From a virus (Duplodnaviria; Heunggongvirae; Uroviricota; Caudoviricetes), in IMG/VR virus record IMGVR_UViG_3300029722_000070, positions 1 to 6,005 of that record: DNA of 6,005 nt, one strand, 5' to 3'. This document shows positions 1 to 5,096 of this stretch, in pieces; within the stretch, counting starts at the first letter, position 1; each line of letters begins with the position of its first letter. A program made the position numbers and the translations under genes. Under the pieces are notes generated by a model that saw only the letters and a program-made list of their open reading frames with translations, made no database searches and had not been told where the DNA came from.

Positions 1-213
1 CATTTGCGCTGTCACTTTCGGTACCGGTGACACCGGTTCACTTTCACCAGCCTGAATCAGCCACCACATCGAACCCTTGTTATCCGCTTCACCGCGGCGC
101 TTCAGTTTCCACAGTTCGTTGACCGCATCTTCACGGCTGATTCCAAGGCGGGCCGCCACTACCTGTGAAGAGGCTCTTTTCAGTGCTTTCAGTGCGTCAA
201 ATACGGTTTCCAT
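1..213 (-). CDS. Small hypothetical protein, possibly a winged-helix DNA-binding protein at the Ren position downstream of P; the 3' end runs off the left edge of the window
   Basis: ATG at 213-211 (complement) with GGAGGA 7 nt upstream (complement of 221-226). Reading frame is open to position 1. Translation begins METVFDALKALKRASSQVVAARLGISREDAVNELWKLKRRGEADNKGSMWWLIQ. It sits where ren lies in lambda, directly after the P-like gene. Not in the ORF track because no stop falls inside the window. Confidence 0.5.
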   Translation of the reverse strand, partial: METVFDALKALKRASSQVVAARLGISREDAVNELWKLKRRGEADNKGSMWWLIQAGESEPVSPVPKVTAQM

Positions 214-246
214 TAAAATTTCCTCCGACAAAATCGTTTCTCAGAT

Positions 247-909
247 TCAAATAAAACCAGCTGCCTTCCGGCGTTCGTATTCCTGTTTCAGCCGTTCAAT
301 TGGCGTTGGCCCTTGCGGGTGTTTCGCCCCTTCCAGTTGTCGTCGCACTGGCGGAACACTCATCCCGTTACCAACATGCTTTGCCCATTTCGTCAGTTGC
401 CGTTCCGCAAGTCGTTTTAACTCACCCTGCGTCATCTGGCGCTCAATCCCTCTGGTACGCATTTCGAGGCAGATGTGGTACAGCACAGGCTGTGGCCACG
501 GGTATTTATCACTCCCGTCGTATCGCCAGGATTCATTGCGCCAGCGCCGGTACTCTTCCATCACTGCATCCACCGTAAGACCAAATGGATTTGCCCCACT
601 CTCCGAAATCAGTGCAACAAACTCAGCCAGGTCCGGGGGCCACGTTTCACCCGCCCGGCAGCGGTCCATGCACTGACGGCAGACCAGCCGGATTTGCTGT
701 TCAGTCATCGTGCCAATCTGGGCAATCCATAGCTTCGAAGGTGCGGCCCCGTTCTTCTGTGTCCAGCGGTTCGAATACACCTCCCCCATAAGCTCCCACA
801 GCTTCCAGGCCGTTTCCGTTGCTGATAAATCCGTTGTCACGTTCCCACTGTTCGCGTGCTGCCCGGATTTCCTGAACTGCCCGTGATGCCGTGCCACCTG
901 ATGCTGCAT
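247..909 (-). CDS. Replication protein P-like (DnaB helicase loader, lambda P family)
   Basis: 220-aa ORF with AGGGGG Shine-Dalgarno about 7 nt upstream of the ATG at 909. From recalled sequence, the C-terminal half (YPWPQPVLYHICLEMRTRGIERQMTQGELKRLAERQLTKWAKHV) aligns with lambda P (YPWKSNAHYWLVTNLYQNMRANALTDAELRRKAADELVHMTARIN), and the central IGTMTEQQIRLVCRQ segment aligns with lambda P GITTMEQVNAGMRVAR. Position after an O-like gene fits. Confidence 0.78.
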   Translation of the reverse strand: MQHQVARHHGQFRKSGQHANSGNVTTDLSATETAWKLWELMGEVYSNRWTQKNGAAPSKLWIAQIGTMTEQQIRLVCRQCMDRCRAGETWPPDLAEFVALISESGANPFGLTVDAVMEEYRRWRNESWRYDGSDKYPWPQPVLYHICLEMRTRGIERQMTQGELKRLAERQLTKWAKHVGNGMSVPPVRRQLEGAKHPQGPTPIERLKQEYERRKAAGFI

Positions 910-1429
910 GGCTTACCCCCTTGCTGACTGGTTTTACCTGTGCCCTGACGTGCTGCACGTGGCGGGCAAATTTCTGCTCCCACTGAACCTGCGTGAAAAC
1001 CTTCCCCTCCGCCATCCAGTAATCCCGGAATGCGGCAAGCTCTGCAGGTGTAAATTCCGGCTCAGGCAGAGCCATACCCCACACTGCTGCCCGTTGTCGA
1101 AAATCCGACGACGGCTGCCAGACAGTAGTCATCAAAAATTTCCCGATCGGTTCGCTCAGGCCGTCCAGGTATTCAGGTTCGGCTGTCTGCAACGGCGCAC
1201 CATGCGACTCACCGGTTGGAGCACTCTCGCGCATGCGCGTGTTATGTGTGGGGTTTAATTCTGTATCTGTATCTTTATCTGTCGTGACTTGTCGTGACTT
1301 GTCGTGACAGATGCGTGACACGTCGTGACTCATCGTGACAATCAGCATCATATTTCCGCAGCTTTTCGCGCTCCCGCTGCGCTCTCTTGCGCTCTGCCGG
1401 GGATTTTGCCGTTTGCGAAACGTTACCAT
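701..1429 (-). CDS. O-like replication initiator, C-terminal portion; in a different frame from the N-terminal ORF, so probably a frameshifted gene or pseudogene
   Basis: 242-aa ORF. The first 60 or so residues are low-complexity and read through the repeat array, but from about residue 80 the sequence looks protein-like (FLMTTVWQPSSDFRQRAAVWGMALPEPEFTPAELAAFRDYWMAEGKVFTQVQWEQKFARHV). No convincing ribosome-binding site of its own. It overlaps ORF 1275-1754 by 155 nt and overlaps the P start by 209 nt in another frame. Confidence 0.4.
   Translation of the reverse strand: MVTFRKRQNPRQSARERSGSAKSCGNMMLIVTMSHDVSRICHDKSRQVTTDKDTDTELNPTHNTRMRESAPTGESHGAPLQTAEPEYLDGLSEPIGKFLMTTVWQPSSDFRQRAAVWGMALPEPEFTPAELAAFRDYWMAEGKVFTQVQWEQKFARHVQHVRAQVKPVSKGVSHAASGGTASRAVQEIRAAREQWERDNGFISNGNGLEAVGAYGGGVFEPLDTEERGRTFEAMDCPDWHDD
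1260..1283. repeat. Four tandem hexamers (TCTGTA TCTGTA TCTTTA TCTGTC), AT-rich, abutting repeat array A
   Basis: Read directly from the sequence at 1260-1283, preceded by TTTAATT. An AT-rich tract next to iterons is the usual layout for a DNA unwinding element. Confidence 0.5.
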
Positions 1430-1748
1430 TGTCCTCTTTCAGCACCTGACGTTTTTCCCATCCGGAAATAAGGTCACCATCCAGAACCCGCCCCTGCATT
1501 GCATGCAAAATTGAATCAATTACGTCTTCCGTCACATCAAGCGCACTTGCTAAATCTTCCGTCGTGACATCAATGTGACCACGTAGTGACACGCCGTGAC
1601 ATGTCGTGACATTTCGTGACGCACTCACCAGAAGGTGGATATACACCGCCATCACTGTTGCGATTGGCTGTCCTGAGACCCTGGCAATGGTTCGCCATTT
1701 GGGATCATTTGGCATGTCATGCCACAATCTGAGCCAGGCATTAGCCAT
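1275..1748 (-). CDS. O-like replication initiator, N-terminal (putative origin-binding) portion
   Basis: ORF track gives 1275-1754 from a GTG; the in-frame ATG at 1748-1746 has a GAGGTG Shine-Dalgarno just upstream and is preferred. It lies between the CII-position gene and the P-like gene, as O does in lambda. Both repeat arrays fall inside it. It ends at a stop inside repeat array A. Confidence 0.6.
   Translation of the reverse strand: MANAWLRLWHDMPNDPKWRTIARVSGQPIATVMAVYIHLLVSASRNVTTCHGVSLRGHIDVTTEDLASALDVTEDVIDSILHAMQGRVLDGDLISGWEKRQVLKEDNGNVSQTAKSPAERKRAQREREKLRKYDADCHDESRRVTHLSRQVTTSHDR
1284..1339. repeat. Iteron-like array A: six GTGAC cores (consensus TCGTGAC) phased at 10-11 bp
   Basis: GTGAC begins at 1284, 1294, 1304, 1315, 1325 and 1335 (spacings 10, 10, 11, 10, 10). 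The first three units are exact copies of GTCGTGACTT. Helical-turn phasing inside an initiator gene suggests initiator binding sites (ori). Confidence 0.7.
1564..1620. repeat. Iteron-like array B: six GTGAC cores phased at 10-11 bp
   Basis: GTGAC begins at 1564, 1575, 1586, 1596, 1606 and 1616 (spacings 11, 11, 10, 10, 10). Same core and phasing as array A, about 280 bp away, within the N-terminal coding part of the O-like gene. Confidence 0.7.
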
Positions 1749-1816
1749 ACTCACCTCATCTGATACCGAACTTTACCCTCGAACATCCGGAAGAAATCCG
1801 GCATGAATATTGTTGG

Positions 1817-2242
1817 TCAATGCACGACAACAGCATTACCAGGCTGACCACCACTGTTAGTCAGGGTGCCCCAGGCGATCGCCGCTGCGACAAAATCATC
1901 CACATCTTTCACCAGCCGATCCCTCCGTTCGACGATCTCACGGTAATATTCAGAGCTGTGACTGCGCATACGGGCCACCAGCAGAGGCGGCATTGCCTTT
2001 TCGATCGCCGGTAACAGAGCCTGAATTTTTTCAACAGCATCAGGGGTGTCTTTATCCAGCCAACGGAAAATTTTCTGGGTATTACGAGCCAGGGCTTCCG
2101 GATGGCTGTCGTCGTACAGTTCCGGGAACGTCATTCCCAGCTCGAAATACGCTTTGGTAATTTTCGCAGCCGGTACTTTTTCGCCGTCCGGATGCGCCCA
2201 GACATTCATCGCCATGCGGATATGTTCATGTTTGATTTTCAT
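1817..2242 (-). CDS. YdaT-like protein at the CII position
   Basis: 141-aa ORF whose ATG (2242-2240) overlaps the stop of the upstream cro-like gene (2239-2241) by 3 nt, which suggests translational coupling. It occupies the slot between cro and the replication genes. The MKIKHEHI N-terminus and length match my recollection of the YdaT family; this is from memory, not a search. Confidence 0.65.
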   Translation of the reverse strand: MKIKHEHIRMAMNVWAHPDGEKVPAAKITKAYFELGMTFPELYDDSHPEALARNTQKIFRWLDKDTPDAVEKIQALLPAIEKAMPPLLVARMRSHSSEYYREIVERRDRLVKDVDDFVAAAIAWGTLTNSGGQPGNAVVVH

Positions 2243-2454
2243 GAATCATTCTTTCCTTCGTTCGAGGTGCTATCCTGCTTCTTGTAAAGTTCTGGGTTGT
2301 ATTTCAATTCACCGTTAGTAATTTCATCCAGTTCCATTGCGCGAAGTTTGGGAATAACTGCTTTCCACCGCACAACAGCCACATGTGAAATTCCAAGAGC
2401 CTCAGCTACTAGTCGCTTTTTTTTGAAATAGCGCAGAACATCATCTTTGAACAT
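2239..2454 (-). CDS. cro: Cro-like HTH regulator (P22 Cro / YdaS family)
   Basis: 71-aa ORF with AGGAGAG Shine-Dalgarno 5-6 nt upstream of the ATG at 2454. The sequence MFKDDVLRYFKKKRLVAEALGISHVAVVRWKAVIPKLRAMELDEITNGELKYNPELY aligns along its length with P22 Cro as I recall it (MYKKDVIDHFGTQRAVAKALGISDAAVSQWKEVIPEKDAYRLEIVTAGALKYQ). It is divergent from the repressor gene. Confidence 0.85.
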   Translation of the reverse strand: MFKDDVLRYFKKKRLVAEALGISHVAVVRWKAVIPKLRAMELDEITNGELKYNPELYKKQDSTSNEGKNDS

Positions 2455-2483
2455 AAAACTCTCCTGTTATTTCGAGCAGAAGG

Positions 2484-2497
2484 GTAACAATAGTTAC
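2484..2497. promoter_or_regulatory. Candidate operator O1 (GTAAC-AATA-GTTAC)
   Basis: 14-bp site with perfect 5-bp inverted-repeat arms, read directly from the sequence. Confidence 0.55.
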
Positions 2498-2531
2498 ATA
2501 ACAATGTCAACCATAGCAACATCACTTGGTA

Positions 2532-2545
2532 GTAACATTGGTTAC
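2532..2545. promoter_or_regulatory. Candidate operator O2 (GTAAC-ATTG-GTTAC), abutting the repressor start codon
   Basis: Same arms and spacer length as O1, centred 48 bp from it, ending one base before the ATG at 2546. Confidence 0.55.
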
Positions 2546-3220
2546 ATGAAAAACACTATCAGCGAACGTATTCGGAATCGTCGAAAAGACGTTGGATTAA
2601 CCCAACAGCAGGTTGCGAAAGCAATCGGCATATCTCGTGTATCCGTAACAAAATGGGAAAATGGCTCTTCAAAACCTGACGGTGAGAATTTGTATCTACT
2701 GTCAAAATTGCTTTCCAAATCTCCTGAATGGATTCTTTATGGAAAGGACTGTCACGATAAAACCGATGATCTGCGTCTGAATCAGTACCCTTACATTAGT
2801 GACAACATCGCCCGGTTGCCCGTTTTAACGTGGGAACAGGCTGGTTATTGGGATATGAGTTGTCCAGTAACCAAGATTCCTGGTATTAAGAACTGGGTTG
2901 ATGTCATGACAAAAACCGCTGAAAACTCTTTTTTATTGCATGTTGAGGGAGATGCGATGACAAACTCTAACGGCCTCCCAACCATCCCCGACGGATCTAC
3001 CGTGCTGATTACACCATGCTCAAGTAACATTAGAGAACTGGTGGGAAAAATAATCTTAATCCAATTGGAAGGAACGCCAAACGTAACACTAAAAAAAGTT
3101 GCGATTGACGGACCAAACATCTATTTGTTGTCACTGAATCCGCTTTACAAACCCATCGAACTGAATGGTGGTTACACCATTAAAGGTAAAGTTTCACAAA
3201 TACATCAATACTTAGACTGA
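2546..3220 (+). CDS. cI: CI/C2-type immunity repressor (N-terminal HTH, C-terminal LexA-like S24 domain) with Ala at the nucleophile position
   Basis: ORF track gives 2447-3220. I chose the ATG at 2546 because MKNTISERIRNRRKDVGLTQQQVAKAIGISRVSVTKWENGSSKPDGENLYLLSKLLSKSPEWILYGKD aligns from residue 1 with the P22 C2 N-terminus as recalled (MNTQLMGERIRARRKKLKIRQAALGKMVGVSNVAISQWERSETEPNGENLLALSKALQCSPDYLLKGD), and because it leaves both operators intergenic. The C-terminal domain aligns with lambda CI and P22 C2: SFLLHVEGDAMT against SFWLDVQGDSMT, and VTLKKVA against ATFKKLV. No obvious Shine-Dalgarno, which fits a leaderless transcript as for lambda cI. Confidence 0.9.
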   Translation: MKNTISERIRNRRKDVGLTQQQVAKAIGISRVSVTKWENGSSKPDGENLYLLSKLLSKSPEWILYGKDCHDKTDDLRLNQYPYISDNIARLPVLTWEQAGYWDMSCPVTKIPGIKNWVDVMTKTAENSFLLHVEGDAMTNSNGLPTIPDGSTVLITPCSSNIRELVGKIILIQLEGTPNVTLKKVAIDGPNIYLLSLNPLYKPIELNGGYTIKGKVSQIHQYLD

Positions 3221-3225
3221 GTCAG

Positions 3226-3251
3226 AACCCGCATTCATTGCGGGTTTTTTA
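3226..3251 (+). terminator. Rho-independent terminator downstream of the repressor gene
   Basis: Stem AACCCGCA (3226-3233) and TGCGGGTT (3239-3246) with loop TTCAT, followed by TTTT (3247-3250). Begins 6 nt after the repressor stop codon. Confidence 0.75.
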
Positions 3252-3294
3252 TGCCCTCAAATGTACCTTTTGTAACATTGCATTGACTCGAAAG

Positions 3295-3308
3295 GTAACT
3301 CTTGTTAC
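3295..3308. promoter_or_regulatory. Candidate operator O3 (GTAAC-TCTT-GTTAC), OL-like, with a possible rightward early promoter
   Basis: Third copy of the GTAAC-N4-GTTAC palindrome, flanked as GGTAAC...GTTACC. A GTAAC half-site lies at 3272-3276 and a TTGACT hexamer at 3284-3289. It sits after the repressor terminator and upstream of the rightward small gene at 3490, the position OL/PL occupies relative to cI in lambda. Confidence 0.5.
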
Positions 3309-3489
3309 CCTAACAACATACCAACCCACCCCGCCCCACAGAACGCCGGGCAATACTGCGAGTTACCAGGCAGTGGTCAGGGGTTAAGTAGCCAGCCCGA
3401 GGCGTAAGAACATGACGGCAGGGTTCAACTTTAACTATGCAGCAGGTTTTTGTTCCGCTCCCCCGGCGTTAAGGGGAAATGAGGTCAGC

Positions 3490-3642
3490 ATGGATACTAT
3501 CGAGCTTGGCAACAGCGAATCTCTGGTATGCGGCGTGTTTCCCAACCAGGACGGCACGTTTACCGCGATGACGTATACCAGAAGCAAAACGTTTAAAACG
3601 GAAGCTGGCGCGCGTCGCTGGTTAGCAAGAAACTCTGACTGA
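3490..3642 (+). CDS. Small hypothetical protein, YdaF-like (DUF1391-type prophage protein)
   Basis: GAGG at 3481-3484, 5 nt before the ATG at 3490. 50-aa product MDTIELGNSESLVCGVFPNQDGTFTAMTYTRSKTFKTEAGARRWLARNSD. The ORF track starts the same frame at 3412 (76 aa); I prefer the shorter form for its ribosome-binding site and its resemblance to the roughly 50-aa Rac YdaF as I recall it. First gene right of the OL-like operator. Confidence 0.6.
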   Translation: MDTIELGNSESLVCGVFPNQDGTFTAMTYTRSKTFKTEAGARRWLARNSD

Positions 3643-3740
3643 TGAAGGTTAGTAATTAAAGAGTTCTCCACAGGCGAAGTGGAATACGTTCGCCGGACAC
3701 GGGTAAGCATTCGGCATGCTCTTTAACAATCTGGGTATTC

Positions 3741-4187
3741 CTAACCACAAAGGAATCGCATCAATTTGGATTTTGCAGACAGTTTCTCTTGTTGTTCTAC
3801 GGAGATTCCTATTTTGATCTGGGTTTTTAAGATTGCGATATCTTTAAGCGACGACCAAATATTATCATCTGTTTTTTCCAGGAGCTTTAACTGCATTTTC
3901 AATTCCGAATCGGAATATTTTTCTGCATCATCATAAAGCTGCAGATATTCTGCGGATTTTCTCATTGCGTTACCTGACTTTTGTCCGAATCCGTAAATCG
4001 TTTGAACGGTTGCTATCACAACAATGAGAACTCCAGAAACTTCAGGAATAAATCCACCAATGACAGATGAACCGAGGATAATACTCACCACTGAGAAAAG
4101 TTTATCGAGACGACCAGTCGCTACAGAGAATAGTTGTTCAAGAAAATAACCATATAAAACCCTGTCAAGAATATCATCCCGGTCCAT
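3741..4187 (-). CDS. Small membrane protein with two predicted transmembrane helices; candidate superinfection-exclusion protein (SieB-like)
   Basis: 148-aa ORF with AGGTGA 7 nt upstream of the ATG at 4187. Two adjacent hydrophobic segments (LFSVVSIILGSSVIGGFI and VSGVLIVVIATVQTIYGF) followed by a charged, helix-prone C-terminus. It is oriented against its neighbours, as sieB is in the Rac prophage. No competing ORF on the other strand. Confidence 0.6.
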   Translation of the reverse strand: MDRDDILDRVLYGYFLEQLFSVATGRLDKLFSVVSIILGSSVIGGFIPEVSGVLIVVIATVQTIYGFGQKSGNAMRKSAEYLQLYDDAEKYSDSELKMQLKLLEKTDDNIWSSLKDIAILKTQIKIGISVEQQEKLSAKSKLMRFLCG

Positions 4188-4246
4188 ATATCATCACCTG
4201 CTTGTTTGATTGTTGCTGTTCCCCCTCTCCTCTGAAGGAGCTGGAG

Positions 4247-4435
4247 ATGGTTTTGGTCGAATGTTTTTCTCAGGTATATGTTTCCTGGTATTCGGAATGT
4301 CCGCCCTGTCCGCAGGCTTACCAGTACCTGAACAATTCTTTTGAACCACCATATAAAACACCTTCCTGTTGTTGGGGATATCCAGATTATACAGATTTCC
4401 TGTTATTGGGGAATGACGGAAACCACCTCGCCTGA
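4247..4435 (+). CDS. Candidate small cysteine- and aromatic-rich protein (62 aa); uncertain
   Basis: GAAGGAG Shine-Dalgarno (4234-4240) 6 nt before the ATG at 4247. Product MVLVECFSQVYVSWYSECPPCPQAYQYLNNSFEPPYKTPSCCWGYPDYTDFLLLGNDGNHLA has 6 Cys in 62 residues. The ORF track lists the same frame from 4202. No homolog recognised and codon usage looks atypical, so it may be spurious. Confidence 0.2.
   Translation: MVLVECFSQVYVSWYSECPPCPQAYQYLNNSFEPPYKTPSCCWGYPDYTDFLLLGNDGNHLA
4363..4412. repeat. Pair of 16-bp direct repeats TTCCTGTTRTTGGGGA
   Basis: Copies at 4363-4378 (TTCCTGTTGTTGGGGA) and 4397-4412 (TTCCTGTTATTGGGGA), one mismatch, start-to-start spacing 34 bp. They fall in different frames of the 4247 ORF, so this is a DNA-level repeat rather than a peptide repeat. 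Confidence 0.5.
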
Positions 4436-4665
4436 CGTGGTTAAAAGCAGGCACACAACACGAAAGCGCACGGCGAGATTCCTTTGCATATAAGGCTTGT
4501 CGTTAAATTTCTTCGACCGTGCACTTCCGGTTGTGGCAGTCCGCGAAATGGCGCGGCGGTAAGTATGGCTGGGGCTTCCTCCATTGCTCCAGAAAATGCA
4601 CCGGGTCGTCAGGTTGACCATACGCTTAAGTGACAGCCCCGCCACAATACCCATGCGTAGTCTTT

Positions 4666-4709
4666 GGTGGCATCAGTTCTACTCCGTGACTGCTCTGCCA
4701 CCCTTTTTA
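4666..4709 (+). terminator. Candidate intrinsic terminator or RNA 3' hairpin
   Basis: GGTGGCA (4666-4672) pairs with TGCCACC (4696-4702), with an inner CAGT/ACTG pairing, followed by CTTTTT (4703-4708). The loop is long (23 nt), so the call is weak. Confidence 0.3.
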
Positions 4710-4814
4710 AAGTGAATTTTGTGATGCGGTGAATGCGGCTATGCGCACGCGGAACAGTTAAAACCGTAAAGTGGTCTTTTACGGGGCGTAACGGGCATCC
4801 TTCTGTATTCCGGC

Positions 4815-4854
4815 GTTAATTGTTAACTGGTTAACGTCACCTGGAGGCACCAGG
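4815..4854. promoter_or_regulatory. Cluster of GTTAA(C) motifs plus a short hairpin upstream of the 4891 gene; candidate regulatory site
   Basis: GTTAATTGTTAACTGGTTAAC at 4815-4835, with inverted arms TTAAC (4823-4827) and GTTAA (4830-4834). Hairpin CCTGG-AGGCA-CCAGG at 4840-4854. Lies 35-75 bp upstream of the ATG at 4891. Confidence 0.3.
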
Positions 4855-4890
4855 CACTGCATCACAAAATTCATTGTTGAGGACGCGATA

Positions 4891-5079
4891 ATGGAAACGT
4901 TATTACCAAACGTTAATACGTCTGAAGGTTGTTTTGATATTGGAGTTCTGCTCAGTAACCGGGAGTTTACTGAAGATGCCATTAAGATGAGAAAATATGA
5001 ACCTTATCTTCTCAATGATAATTCCATACTTTCCAGAATTGCCCTTCTTGAACTTGGTATTATCGGAGAACAGCAGTGA
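4891..5079 (+). CDS. Small hypothetical protein (62 aa), early-operon gene
   Basis: GAGG at 4879-4882, 8 nt before the ATG. Product METLLPNVNTSEGCFDIGVLLSNREFTEDAIKMRKYEPYLLNDNSILSRIALLELGIIGEQQ. No homolog recognised. Confidence 0.5.
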   Translation: METLLPNVNTSEGCFDIGVLLSNREFTEDAIKMRKYEPYLLNDNSILSRIALLELGIIGEQQ

Positions 5080-5096
5080 CTTCAGCATTTGCACTG

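Larger units (their letters stand above)
2455..2545. promoter_or_regulatory. Divergent promoter and operator region (OR-like) between cro-like and repressor genes
   Basis: 91-bp intergenic region between divergently transcribed regulators, containing two GTAAC-N4-GTTAC palindromes. A perfect TTGACA hexamer lies on the minus strand (complement of 2505-2510), but I could not find a convincing -10 at proper spacing, so promoter positions are not assigned. Confidence 0.6.

Noticed and set aside
77-791. Plus-strand ORFs 77-676, 300-578, 475-732 and 585-791
   Set aside because: They overlap the well-supported minus-strand P-like gene and the small gene downstream of it, lack ribosome-binding sites, and have low-complexity Ser/Arg/Pro-rich translations typical of antisense frames.
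908-1258. Plus-strand ORF 908-1258 (116 aa)
   Set aside because: It is antisense to the O-like region, with no ribosome-binding site and a low-complexity translation.
1787-1801. Hairpin CCGGA-AGAAA-TCCGG between the YdaT-like stop and the O-like start
   Set aside because: Only a 5-bp stem and no T-run on either strand, so it is not a credible terminator. It may be incidental.
1606-2318. Plus-strand ORFs 1606-1806, 1820-2014, 2046-2318 and 2102-2287
   Set aside because: They are antisense to the O-like, YdaT-like and cro-like genes, which have ribosome-binding sites, homology and operon logic. None has a convincing start context.
2505-2510. Perfect TTGACA -35 hexamer on the minus strand as the cro promoter
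   Set aside because: No acceptable -10 hexamer at 16-18 bp spacing, so a promoter could not be assigned confidently. It is noted inside the regulatory-region feature only.
2447-2545. Upstream starts for the repressor (ATG at 2447 or 2504)
   Set aside because: The alignment with the P22 C2 N-terminus begins at the Met at 2546. The longer forms would add 14-33 unaligned residues and place both operator palindromes inside the coding sequence.
2845-3120. Minus-strand ORF 2845-3120 (91 aa)
   Set aside because: It lies entirely inside the repressor gene on the opposite strand, and the repressor has clear homology.
3412-3710. Longer start at 3412 for the YdaF-like gene, and minus-strand ORF 3435-3710
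   Set aside because: The ATG at 3490 has the better Shine-Dalgarno and gives a roughly 50-aa product matching the recalled YdaF size. The minus-strand ORF is antisense with no ribosome-binding site.
4194-4654. Minus-strand ORFs 4194-4454 and 4403-4654 as possible genes, including an N-like antiterminator
   Set aside because: Translations are basic but low-complexity, with no ribosome-binding site at either start. An Arg-rich composition alone is not evidence for an N-type protein.
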